The notes below the pieces were generated by a model that saw only the letters and a list, made by a program, of their open reading frames with translations, searched no databases and had not been told where the DNA came from. Of a stretch of 64,000 bases of DNA, positions 38,750 through 48,119 are shown piece by piece (the stretch's first letter is position 1; each line of letters opens with the position of its first letter). The DNA is from an uncultured Candidatus Saccharibacteria bacterium (GTDB lineage: Bacteria > Patescibacteriota > Minisyncoccia > Phycocordibacterales > UBA5272): contig CAYXKW010000003.1 of NCBI GenBank assembly GCA_964464695.1, positions 10,577 through 74,576 on the forward strand. Direction: 5' to 3'. Made by a program: the position numbers and the translations under genes.

Positions 38750-40087
38750 ATGGATTATCTACAACTTTGGAATAGCGCTTTATCCCAGATTGAGATAGAA
38801 CTTTCTCGAGTTAACTTTAATACGTGGTTCAAAAATACTCGTATTATTGATTACAAAGATGGAGAGGTTACAATTGGTGTTCCTAATGAGTTCGTTAAAG
38901 ATTGGCTCAATCAGAAATATCATAAGTTTATTTTAAGAATTCTAAGAACTATTCATGAAGGGGTTCGTTCTGTTGTCTTTACGGTTGTAAAACCAGAGGC
39001 TCTTCAAAAGAAGGCTCAACATATTACAATTACTGGTCAAACACTCCCACTTCAGGATTTATATATCAATAAAGATGATGGTCTTAATCCACGATATACC
39101 TTTGATACTTTTATCGTTGGTTCTTTTAATGAAGTAGCATATGCTTGCTCTCAAGCAGTTATTAATGGTTTAGGAATTGTTTATAATCCTTTGTTTATTT
39201 ACGGCAGTACAGGGCTTGGAAAGACACACCTCATGCAAGCAATGGGGAATACCATTAAGAAAAAGTATCCAGATAGAAAAGTTTTTTATACATCCATTGA
39301 AAAATTCTACATGGACTATGTAAGTGCAACGAATTTGAATAAAATAAATAGTTTTAAAGAAAAATATAGAAAATTTGATGTCTTTATTATGGATGATATT
39401 CAATTCATTAATGGGAAAGAACGTACTCAGGATGAACTTTTCCATCTATTTAATGCTTTATATGAAATGAATAAACAAATTATTTTTTCATCAGATAAAC
39501 ATCCTAATTTAATTACAGGGTTAGAAGATAGATTACGTTCACGTTTTAATCATGGAATGATTGTTGATGTTAATATTCCATCAGTAGAATCAAGACTTGC
39601 GATCTTGCAATCAAAAACAAAAGATCATCGAGAAAAAATTCCGCATGAGGTTCTTCAATATATTGCAGATACAATTCAAGGTAATATTCGTGAACTAGAA
39701 GGGGTTATGACTTTAATTCTTGGACATATTCAAATTAAACAGCAAGCAATTTCACTTCTTGATGTTAAAAATCTCCTTAAAAATAGTGTACGAGCGAAAA
39801 AAAGTATATCTATTCCAGAAATAGTAAAAATAATTTCAGAATACTATCATATTCCTGATGTTTATATTTATAACAAGACTCGTAGAAAAGATGTTGTAAA
39901 ACCTCGTCAAATTGTTATGTATATTTTACGAGAAGATTTTGATATTTCTTATCCAATGATTGGTGATAGATTAGGAGGTCGTGATCACACTACCGTAATT
40001 CACTCGTATGAAAAAATAAAAGGATTACTTAAAGATAATCCTCAACTTTCCAGAGAAATTGAAGACATTCGAGCAATGTTAGTCTAA
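38750..40087 (+). CDS. dnaA: chromosomal replication initiator DnaA
   Basis: AAA+ Walker A GSTGLGKTHLMQA. Walker B FIMDDIQF. Sensor and box VII regions. C-terminal DNA-binding domain (VMYILRE...GGRDHTTVIHS). Confidence 0.95.
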   Translation: MDYLQLWNSALSQIEIELSRVNFNTWFKNTRIIDYKDGEVTIGVPNEFVKDWLNQKYHKFILRILRTIHEGVRSVVFTVVKPEALQKKAQHITITGQTLPLQDLYINKDDGLNPRYTFDTFIVGSFNEVAYACSQAVINGLGIVYNPLFIYGSTGLGKTHLMQAMGNTIKKKYPDRKVFYTSIEKFYMDYVSATNLNKINSFKEKYRKFDVFIMDDIQFINGKERTQDELFHLFNALYEMNKQIIFSSDKHPNLITGLEDRLRSRFNHGMIVDVNIPSVESRLAILQSKTKDHREKIPHEVLQYIADTIQGNIRELEGVMTLILGHIQIKQQAISLLDVKNLLKNSVRAKKSISIPEIVKIISEYYHIPDVYIYNKTRRKDVVKPRQIVMYILREDFDISYPMIGDRLGGRDHTTVIHSYEKIKGLLKDNPQLSREIEDIRAMLV

Positions 40088-40353
40088 ATATCTACTCAAT
40101 TGAGTAGATATTTTAATTTAATTTTGGAACTGTGGAAATCTCTGTGTATAACCAATCAACAACATAGTAATAACCTACTTAGTTATCCTTTTAATAATTA
40201 TAGAATTCATAGTTTTACACACATTTTGAATTCTGTATCTAATTACTAAAGATAATTGATTTCTAAATTATTATTATTTTATAAAGGTTTTATCTTTATC
40301 AACATCATCCCCAGACCTATACTTAGTATTATATTTTATATATACTAATACCT
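40088..40353. other. dnaA-dnaN intergenic region: terminator-like palindrome plus AT-rich region with degenerate DnaA-box-like 9-mers (second oriC candidate)
   Basis: Palindrome atatctactcaattgagtagatat at 40089-40112. TGTGGAAAT (about 40131) is 2 mismatches from TGTGGATAA. Also TTATCCTTT and TTATCTTTA. Confidence 0.35.
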
Positions 40354-41445
40354 ATGAAATTCGAATGTAAAGGAGAAGTGTTTATTCAAGCAGTTCAACA
40401 AGTGTCTCGAGCTAAGAGTAAAACTCAATCACAACAATCACTACAAGATATTCATATTGAGGTAATTAATCATCTTCTAACATTACGTGCTACTAACTTA
40501 GAATTATTCTGTGAGAAGAGTATTCCTGTAAAAGGAATTGTTAATGGTGCATGTTTACTACAAGGAGAAACACTTCTTAGAATTATTTCTACATTTAATT
40601 CAAAAGATATAACTCTTACCTGTGAAATTATTGATGGAGTTTTTACTATTACAACAGAAAAGGGGGTTATTGAAATAAAAACAACACCATATGAAGATTT
40701 TCCAACACTACCTTCTCAAGGTGAACAGATAGGAATTCTTCCAAAAGAATCTATTGATATGTTATTACGTGAAGTTTCTTTTTGTTCAGCAACAACAGAT
40801 ATAAAACCAGAAATATCTTCTGTGTATATTTATACAAAAGATAGTTCTATTTATGCTGTTGCAACAGATTCTTATCGCCTTGCAGAAAAAACAATTCCTA
40901 ATAATAATGATTTAGATTTTTCATTTCTTATTCCTCAAAAACACATTGGTGAAATTCTTCAAATTTTAAATGAAGAAGAAGGGGATATTATGATTTCTCG
41001 TAATCAGAATATTGTTACCTTTTCAGGAACAACTTTAACACTTTCTATCCATACTGTTACTGGTCATTTCCCTGATTACAGACAACTTTTTCCAAAAGAA
41101 TTTACTACAAATGTGCTTGTTTCAAAAAGTGAATTACAAAAAGCTCTTTTACTAACAACATTTTTTAATGAACAATATTCTCAAGTTGAATGTATTTTTA
41201 CAGAAAATAAATGTACTGTTCATAGTAAAAGTGAAAGAGTTGGACAAGTAACTCATACAATAGAAGTAAAAAAAGAAGGGGAAGATATCGAAGTAAAATA
41301 TAATAATAAATTCTTCTTAGAAGTTCTCCCTCATATTGAAGGTGGTCTTGTTACGTGTATGTTCACAACACCTAATAAACCACTATTTATTCAAAGCAAG
41401 CAAGATATTAGTTTTACGTATCTTTTGATGCCACTAAACAGATAA
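40354..41445 (+). CDS. dnaN: DNA polymerase III beta sliding clamp
   Basis: 363 aa. Three-domain clamp pattern. Position directly after dnaA. Confidence 0.85.
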   Translation: MKFECKGEVFIQAVQQVSRAKSKTQSQQSLQDIHIEVINHLLTLRATNLELFCEKSIPVKGIVNGACLLQGETLLRIISTFNSKDITLTCEIIDGVFTITTEKGVIEIKTTPYEDFPTLPSQGEQIGILPKESIDMLLREVSFCSATTDIKPEISSVYIYTKDSSIYAVATDSYRLAEKTIPNNNDLDFSFLIPQKHIGEILQILNEEEGDIMISRNQNIVTFSGTTLTLSIHTVTGHFPDYRQLFPKEFTTNVLVSKSELQKALLLTTFFNEQYSQVECIFTENKCTVHSKSERVGQVTHTIEVKKEGEDIEVKYNNKFFLEVLPHIEGGLVTCMFTTPNKPLFIQSKQDISFTYLLMPLNR

Positions 41446-41448
41446 TGT

Positions 41449-41682
41449 ATGAATGAAGGGCTTTTTGAAAAGTATTCAAAAGTACTTAAAGAGAAAAAAT
41501 CAGAAAAAGAAGAGCTTATAGGTATATTACAAGAAATAACTGGAATTATGTTTACACCTCAAGAATTGAGTATTACAAAGAAGTGTATTTCATTTCAAAC
41601 AAGCTCTGTTAAAAAAAGTATTGTACGTCAAAAACGAATTGAGGACGCGTTACAACAAAAAGGGTATAGTATTAAAATATAA
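41449..41682 (+). CDS. small hypothetical protein downstream of dnaN (77 aa)
   Basis: Start 4 nt after the dnaN stop. Basic and acidic mix. No motif I can name. Confidence 0.4.
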   Translation: MNEGLFEKYSKVLKEKKSEKEELIGILQEITGIMFTPQELSITKKCISFQTSSVKKSIVRQKRIEDALQQKGYSIKI

Positions 41683-41687
41683 GATAT

Positions 41688-41720
41688 AAAAAAACGTAGT
41701 ACTTGGTACTACGTTTTTTT
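41688..41720. terminator. bidirectional terminator between the dnaN operon and convergent PBP gene
   Basis: aaaaacgtagtac-ttg-gtactacgttttttt. Confidence 0.6.
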
Positions 41721-43933
41721 TATTGAACTGTTGTGGTCGCTATTTGAACAGGGTAGATAGGGTTTGTTTGTGTTGGATCAAATGATGTACTTCCGTTGTT
41801 TTGTACTGGTGGTTGGTATCCGCAAGCAAGAGGATGAGTAGATAACCAATTCTGGAGAGATGTCTCCCATAACCAGTACTGAGAATCGGAAGTTGGGTTG
41901 AATGGATATTCTCCTCCAGGATTACTTTTTACAACAGATGCAAGGATAGTATGAATACCATTGCTTCCACAGTACTGACCGCGTAATATTGGCTTAGACG
42001 AGGTGTTAGGAAGTGGATCAGGGAAATACTCAACTGGAGTGTTTTCTACTGCTGCATCCATAGCTTTTCGCCAAACAGGGGCAAGTACGAATCCAGCTGT
42101 CCTTTTATCAATTGGTGTATTATCATTATTACCTGCCCACATACCAACAACAACTGAAGGAGTGTATCCAACCACCCACACATCCTTGTAGTCATTCGTT
42201 GTTCCTGTTTTTACAGCTACTGGTCGGTTTTTAAAATACAAAGAAGAATTTGCTCCATAACTTGGAGTTCGTGCTACGTTATCAGAAAGCATGCTTGAAA
42301 TGAGAGTGGTAACTTCTTCAGGAAGAACTTCTGTTTGAGAAAGTGAAAATTTTTCCAAAATACTATCATCTCTGTCGCGCACTTCTAGTATTCCTTGTTG
42401 TTTATGATAGACGCCATTATTTGCAAATACTCCATAAGCATTAGTAAGTTCAAGTAAAGTAACTTCACCACCACCAAGTACAAGTGATAATCCATATCGA
42501 GAAGCATCCACAATAGTAGATAATCCCATTGCTTGAGCAAGTGAAACTGCATTATTTAGCCCTGTAAGATACAACAATTTAACAGCAGGAACGTTAAGTG
42601 ATTGAGCTAGAGCCTCACGTAATGAAACTGGTCCTCTAAATAGTCCGTCATAATTATCAGGCATATAACAGACAGATGGATTTGTTCCAGAATTAATTGG
42701 TTTTCCATAAGCATCACATAATGTACTAAATTGTGTAGGAGTATCAAATAAAACTGTTTCAGGGGTGTATCCAACTTTCATAGCGGCCGCGTATACAATT
42801 GGCTTAAAAGAAGATCCAGGCTGACGAAATGCTGTAGTTATATTAAACTGCCCTGGGATTTCTTTATCAAAAAAATCTCGTGAACCAACCATCGACAATA
42901 TTTGTCCTGTTTTTGGATCAATTGCAATTAGTGCTGAATTATCCGCTTTATATTTTTTAGCATTTTCAAGAGCTCCTTCTTTTACTATTTTCTCCGCTTG
43001 CTCTTGTAGAGGATAATCAATTGTTGTAATTACCTTTAATCCACCATTTAAAACAGTATCAATACCATATTTTTCTTCAAGATATTCTCTGATATACATT
43101 ACAAAGTGAAGCGCTTTCCCACTATTAGATAAATCTTTTTCAAAGGTAACAGATTCTTTTTGTGAGAAGTTTTTTTGTTCAAGTGTAATATGTCCAAGTT
43201 CATACATTCGCTGGAGCACTAAGTTTTTTCTTTTCTCTAAGTCATCTCGATGTTTTCCATATGGAGAATAATATGTTGGGGCTTGTGGTAGAGCTGCTAA
43301 ATACGCTGCTTCTGTTAAGGTAACATCCTTTGCTTTTTTATTGAAAAAAGTAAGAGAGGCTTCTTCAACCCCATACATAGTTCCACCATATGGACTTTCA
43401 TTTAAATATATTTGTAAAATAGTATCTTTCGGAAGTTCTCTGTCTAATTTAATCGATAGAATTATCTCTTTTAGTTTACGAGAAATAGTTTTTTCACGTG
43501 TTAAGAGAGCATTTTTAACAACTTGTTGATTAATGGTTGACCCACCTTGTGCATATCCACCGGAAGTAACATTTGCGAGAGCTGCACGAATAAAAGATGT
43601 TGGTCTGAATCCATAATGTTCATAAAAATGAGCATCTTCAATAGAAATAGTTGCTTTTTGGATATATGGACTAATGTCTTTAATATCAATTGCAGTACGA
43701 CGAACATTATCATGGATGTTATACAGAACTATTTTCCCAGTTCTGTCATAAATTTTTGTAGAATTAATAATATTTCTATTTTCAAAGTTATTAAAATCTG
43801 GTAATTGAATAGTAGAAAGCCACGCAACTACAAGAGCTGAGGCAACAACACCTAAAGAAAGGGTAATTAAAAATAATTCCTTTAAAAACTTACCCTTTAC
43901 GCGCTTTTTTCTAAATACATGAGAATCTGACAT
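41720..43933 (-). CDS. mrcA: bifunctional class A penicillin-binding protein (GT51 glycosyltransferase + transpeptidase)
   Basis: N-terminal TM. GT51 motif SIEDAHFYEHYGF. Transpeptidase motifs SSFKP, SLN and KTGTT. Confidence 0.85.
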   Translation of the reverse strand: MSDSHVFRKKRVKGKFLKELFLITLSLGVVASALVVAWLSTIQLPDFNNFENRNIINSTKIYDRTGKIVLYNIHDNVRRTAIDIKDISPYIQKATISIEDAHFYEHYGFRPTSFIRAALANVTSGGYAQGGSTINQQVVKNALLTREKTISRKLKEIILSIKLDRELPKDTILQIYLNESPYGGTMYGVEEASLTFFNKKAKDVTLTEAAYLAALPQAPTYYSPYGKHRDDLEKRKNLVLQRMYELGHITLEQKNFSQKESVTFEKDLSNSGKALHFVMYIREYLEEKYGIDTVLNGGLKVITTIDYPLQEQAEKIVKEGALENAKKYKADNSALIAIDPKTGQILSMVGSRDFFDKEIPGQFNITTAFRQPGSSFKPIVYAAAMKVGYTPETVLFDTPTQFSTLCDAYGKPINSGTNPSVCYMPDNYDGLFRGPVSLREALAQSLNVPAVKLLYLTGLNNAVSLAQAMGLSTIVDASRYGLSLVLGGGEVTLLELTNAYGVFANNGVYHKQQGILEVRDRDDSILEKFSLSQTEVLPEEVTTLISSMLSDNVARTPSYGANSSLYFKNRPVAVKTGTTNDYKDVWVVGYTPSVVVGMWAGNNDNTPIDKRTAGFVLAPVWRKAMDAAVENTPVEYFPDPLPNTSSKPILRGQYCGSNGIHTILASVVKSNPGGEYPFNPTSDSQYWLWETSLQNWLSTHPLACGYQPPVQNNGSTSFDPTQTNPIYPVQIATTTVQ

Positions 43934-43990
43934 CTGTCCATAGTATCACACTGCTTAAAGAAAAGTAGTGCATATGTTAGTATAAAGTCC

Positions 43991-45187
43991 ATGGATAAAG
44001 TAATTATCGACGAAAAAAAGATTGACGAAATTCTTAACAGAGGTGTGGAAGATATTATTGTTCTAGAAGAATTACGTGCAAAACTTCTGTCCGGTAAGTC
44101 ACTTCGTATTAAACTTGGGATTGATCCAACTGGACCAAAAATCCATTTAGGAAGAGCTATCCCACTTAGAAAGTTACGTGAATTTCAAAAACTTGGTCAC
44201 CAGGTAGTACTTATTGTTGGAGATTTTACAGCACAAGTTGGAGATGCGTCAGATAAAAGTGAAAAGCGTCCAATGTTAACTCGAGCCGATATTGATAATA
44301 ATCTTAAAGATTATAAGAGTCAGATTTCGAAGATTCTTGATCTTTCAAAAACAGAATTCGTTTACAATAATGATTGGCTTTCTAAACTTTCTTTTGAAGA
44401 GGTTACAAAACTCGCAGAATGCTTCTCTGTTCAACAAATGCTCGCACGTCGTAACTTTAAGGACAGATATGAAGCAGGGACTGAAATCTCTCTCCGTGAG
44501 TTTTTATATCCAATGATGCAAGGTTATGATTCTGTTGCCGTAAAGGCTGACGTTGAGTTGGGTGGCTTTGATCAGCTTTTTAATCTAAAAGCTGGAAGAA
44601 TTATGCAGGAATACTTTGGACAACCAAAACAGAGTATTGTTACCTGCCAGATGCTCGAGGGAACAGACGGGAGGAAGATGTCGAGCTCATGGACAAATAT
44701 TATTTCCATTGTTGATGACCCAGAGACAATGTTTGGAAAGGTTATGGCACTTCATGATGATTTAATAATTAAATATTTTATATTGTGTACCGACTTACCT
44801 CTTGAAGAAATTCAAAACATTGAACTCGATATTAAAAATGGAGGAAATCCAAAAGATAGTAAGATGCGACTTGCTTCAGAAATTGTGAGACTCTACCATA
44901 AAGAAAAGGACGCACTCTTTGCACGAGATTCATGGGTAAAGGCATTTGAACAAGGGGGTGTGCCAGAAACTGTTCCTGAGATTATTACAACAAAAGACAG
45001 AGATCTTGCTTCTGTGCTTGTAGAAGCAGAGATTGTAACTTCCAAAACTGACTGGAGGCGTCTTGTTGAAGAAAATGCAGTTACTGATACAGAAAAAGGT
45101 GAAGTTCTCACTGACCCTAAAATACTTTGTTATAACGGAATCTTTAAAATAGGGAAGAAGAGGTTCGTGAGAATAACAATACAGTAA
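43991..45187 (+). CDS. tyrS: tyrosyl-tRNA synthetase with C-terminal S4-like domain
   Basis: Class I HIGH-type motif GIDPTGPKIHLGRAIPL. KMSKS-type motif KMSSS. C-terminal S4-like segment LASVLVEAEIVTSKTDWRRLVEENAV. Confidence 0.75.
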   Translation: MDKVIIDEKKIDEILNRGVEDIIVLEELRAKLLSGKSLRIKLGIDPTGPKIHLGRAIPLRKLREFQKLGHQVVLIVGDFTAQVGDASDKSEKRPMLTRADIDNNLKDYKSQISKILDLSKTEFVYNNDWLSKLSFEEVTKLAECFSVQQMLARRNFKDRYEAGTEISLREFLYPMMQGYDSVAVKADVELGGFDQLFNLKAGRIMQEYFGQPKQSIVTCQMLEGTDGRKMSSSWTNIISIVDDPETMFGKVMALHDDLIIKYFILCTDLPLEEIQNIELDIKNGGNPKDSKMRLASEIVRLYHKEKDALFARDSWVKAFEQGGVPETVPEIITTKDRDLASVLVEAEIVTSKTDWRRLVEENAVTDTEKGEVLTDPKILCYNGIFKIGKKRFVRITIQ

Positions 45188-45241
45188 TCAGACTGTCAGA
45201 CCACTTCGTTGACAGACATCAGACAAATTAAAACACACAAT

Positions 45242-45279
45242 AAAATACAGGGACAACCGAAGGTTGTCCCTGTATTTTT
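45242..45279. terminator. bidirectional rho-independent terminator
   Basis: aaaatacagggacaacc-gaa-ggttgtccctgtatttt, a 16-bp perfect stem. Confidence 0.65.
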
Positions 45280-45320
45280 AGTCAGTAGTCGCACTGTCTG
45301 GCGGTCTGTTTGTCTTCTAC

Positions 45321-45500
45321 CTACCAGTATCCTTCATCATTTGCAGCAAACGCGATATCAATCTCATCTGCCTCCTCATCATCTTCTACTTTAAAAATAA
45401 CCACCTCTTCGTCTACCACAATGTCACCCTCGAACACCTCTTCTAAGGCATCAGGGTTTATATCTCCAACCGGTTTTGTTTCTTCTTCTTCAATAAGCAT
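45321..45500 (-). CDS. small highly acidic protein (59 aa), downstream of ruvC on the minus strand
   Basis: Not in track (<60 aa). Minus-strand translation MLIEEEETKPVGDINPDALEEVFEGDIVVDEEVVIFKVEDDEEADEIDIAFAANDEGYW*. Clean ATG..TAG ORF ending just before the terminator. Confidence 0.3.
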   Translation of the reverse strand: MLIEEEETKPVGDINPDALEEVFEGDIVVDEEVVIFKVEDDEEADEIDIAFAANDEGYW

Positions 45501-45576
45501 ACTAGAAAATCTTTTTAATTAATGTATTGAAAAGATACCACCTAATAAAGATACATGCAAGTCCTTTTATAAACAA

Positions 45577-46086
45577 CTATTTTATTCCTTGTAGAATAAG
45601 GCTATTTCGTCTATTCGCACTATGGGTTAAAGCGATAGCAATTGCGTCTATTTCGTCATCCAACGAATCTATTCGAAGTGGTTGTTTAAGAATTTTTGGA
45701 ACCATGTGAGAGATGTCTTCTTTTGTTGCTTTTCCGTGTCCTGCGATAGCTAGTTTTATTTGCGGAGGAGAATATTCGAATAATTTAACTTCATGAATGT
45801 GTGCAAGATAGATACACACGCCACGAACTTCAGCTACCGTAATAATTGTCTTTTGGTTATTAGTAAAAAAAATAGTTTCAATAGCAAGCTCGTGAGGGTT
45901 ATGAGTGATAATAATATGCTCTACTTCTTTTCCAATAGCGGCAAGCCTCTTTTCAAATGAATCTTTTTTATTTGTCGTAATACATGTCGAAAAAACAAGG
46001 GTTTCTTTTGTTCCTTCTTTATCTACAACACAGATACCCAACCTATCAAACCCAGGGTCAATTCCTAAAATACGAATAGTGCTCAT
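45577..46086 (-). CDS. ruvC: crossover junction endodeoxyribonuclease RuvC
   Basis: ILGIDPGFDRLGICVV...ETIFF...IAGHGKATKEDI are the RuvC catalytic acidic residues and fold pattern. Confidence 0.85.
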   Translation of the reverse strand: MSTIRILGIDPGFDRLGICVVDKEGTKETLVFSTCITTNKKDSFEKRLAAIGKEVEHIIITHNPHELAIETIFFTNNQKTIITVAEVRGVCIYLAHIHEVKLFEYSPPQIKLAIAGHGKATKEDISHMVPKILKQPLRIDSLDDEIDAIAIALTHSANRRNSLILQGIK

Positions 46087-46169
46087 AGTGGTAAGTATCT
46101 CAAAGTTTGGTAAAAATAGGAACTTGTCACCAAAAACTGGTGTGCTAGTATCAAATCAGTTGTATTTTA

Positions 46170-46709
46170 TTGAAAGGGAATTGTATGCAACCAACTCGTG
46201 TGGAAGAAAAACTAATACGTTTTCTTTCAAAAATTACTCAGGAATTTCACAACAGTTGTAAGCTTGGCGTTATCAGCGCATCTTTTGTTGTCAACGCACT
46301 GTTCGTGCTCCTCTTTTCGAGTGTAGTAAATATTTCAAGTACAGTATTGTTTAACGGTGAATTTCATCTTGGCTGGGAATTAACGCTTGGAATATATTCT
46401 GCTTTGATTGTCTGGGCGTCTATTACACTCGCGACGATACTGACAGGCGCTTTGATTGTGGAGGTGATTTTCGGGAAGCTCTCAAAGAATTTTCTTACAA
46501 ACACGCAAGAAGTGAATAATCCAAATAAGTTCACATGGTGGTTAGTTTTTTGCCGAATGAGCTTCCCAGTTATTGCACTTGTCCTTGTGGCAATGAATGA
46601 CAAGGTAGATGCCATTCTTTTCTTGTTGATACTTGGACACATTGGACAAACACTTGCTCTGTATTCATTATGTGTAAATATACCAGTTACCAAAAAGAGT
46701 AAAGAGTAA
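46170..46709 (+). CDS. hypothetical polytopic membrane protein (179 aa)
   Basis: 4 hydrophobic segments. Lies between ruvC and ruvB on the opposite strand. Confidence 0.45.
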   Translation: MKGNCMQPTRVEEKLIRFLSKITQEFHNSCKLGVISASFVVNALFVLLFSSVVNISSTVLFNGEFHLGWELTLGIYSALIVWASITLATILTGALIVEVIFGKLSKNFLTNTQEVNNPNKFTWWLVFCRMSFPVIALVLVAMNDKVDAILFLLILGHIGQTLALYSLCVNIPVTKKSKE

Positions 46710-46762
46710 ATGAAAATTTTGGTTTCAAGTTTACACAATACAACAGCACCAATTGGTGCTGT

Positions 46763-47746
46763 TTATTTTTTAAAATGTTTCAGTGCCTTTTCTGTGGCCT
46801 TTCTTCCTCGTGGAGTTCTTTCTATCATTCCAATTTGTAATAGATATGGTTCGGTCACGTCCGCAATAGTTGCTTCTTCTTCACCTGTCGCCGCAGCAAG
46901 GGTATTTACACCAACTGGGCCACCATTAAAGACGTTCACCAGACACTCAAGAATTATTCTTTCTGATGTTCCTATTCCGAACTCGTCAATTTCAAGTAAA
47001 GAAAGAGAAATATCAACAACATCTTTATCGATAACTGCTTTATGGACTTGCGCGTAATCTCTTGCACGTTTTAAATAATAGTTTGCTATTCGAGGTGTGA
47101 ATCGTGAACGCTTTGCTATTTCCATAGCTGCATCATGTGGAAGAACTGTCCCTAAAATATCAGCACTATGAGTCACAATCGTTGCAATCTCATCTTCTGT
47201 ATAATACTGCAGTCGATATACTCCACCTGAGAATCGTGATCGAAGGGGAGCAGATAAAAGTGAGATACGCGTAGTAGCACCGATGAGCGTAAAAGGCGGA
47301 AGGTCTAATTGAATAGTTCTAGCAGACGGACCTTTACCAATGACAATATCAAGCTTCCCTGATTCCATGGCAGGATAGAGAACTTCTTCAATTAATTTAT
47401 TTAAACGATGGATTTCATCAATAAAAAGAACGTCTCCTGGTGTGAGGTTAGTTAAAATAGCTGCCAAGTCTCCAACTTTCATGATTGCTGGACCGCTTGA
47501 TAACCGAAGATTACTTCCAAGCTCTTTTGCAATCAAGTGCGCAAGGGTTGTTTTTCCAAGTCCTGGTGGACCGTATAAAAGAATGTGCTCAGGTGGAGTA
47601 TTACGCTCTTTTGCAGCAGTTAAAAGTATATGTAAATTCTTTTTTATGACTTCCTGACCAATGTAATCTGAGAATTTCTCAGGCCGAAGAGTACTGTCTA
47701 AATGCCGTGTCTCTTCTAGTTCTATTACAGGTGTTGGTGTTGTCAT
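46763..47746 (-). CDS. ruvB: Holliday junction branch-migration helicase RuvB
   Basis: EHILLYGPPGLGKTTLAHLIA, DVLFIDEIHRL. RuvB C-terminal winged-helix. Confidence 0.95.
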   Translation of the reverse strand: MTTPTPVIELEETRHLDSTLRPEKFSDYIGQEVIKKNLHILLTAAKERNTPPEHILLYGPPGLGKTTLAHLIAKELGSNLRLSSGPAIMKVGDLAAILTNLTPGDVLFIDEIHRLNKLIEEVLYPAMESGKLDIVIGKGPSARTIQLDLPPFTLIGATTRISLLSAPLRSRFSGGVYRLQYYTEDEIATIVTHSADILGTVLPHDAAMEIAKRSRFTPRIANYYLKRARDYAQVHKAVIDKDVVDISLSLLEIDEFGIGTSERIILECLVNVFNGGPVGVNTLAAATGEEEATIADVTEPYLLQIGMIERTPRGRKATEKALKHFKK

Positions 47747-48033
47747 AAATAGGGGGTTTGGTCAAGATTTGACAAAAGTTTTATATATGCTATAATAGAC
47801 ACATCACTACGGAATTAATGGTAATTACGGACATGATTGTGTGACTTTGTCAGAACCTATATATCTCTAAACAATCGGGGTTTTACCCCATCTTCTAATT
47901 CGAAGGACGATCTGGTTGCACTTGTTGCCTCTGTGTCTATCCTTATGAAGGAATTTTCTTCACCAAGGGGTTGCTTAGAGGTATATATGCTGTGGCAGTG
48001 TAAAGTTCATAAAGTAAAAAGTTTATAAAGTGA

Positions 48034-48072
48034 ACACAAGAAGGAGTGGCCGAAGGCCACTCCTTCTTGTGT
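48034..48072. terminator. strong terminator hairpin downstream of pilB (minus strand)
   Basis: acacaagaaggagtggcc-gaa-ggccactccttcttgtgt, an 18-bp perfect stem. Confidence 0.6.
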
Positions 48073-48119
48073 TTGCTTCTACTTTTAACTTTACAAACTT
48101 TCTAACTTTCAACTACTCA

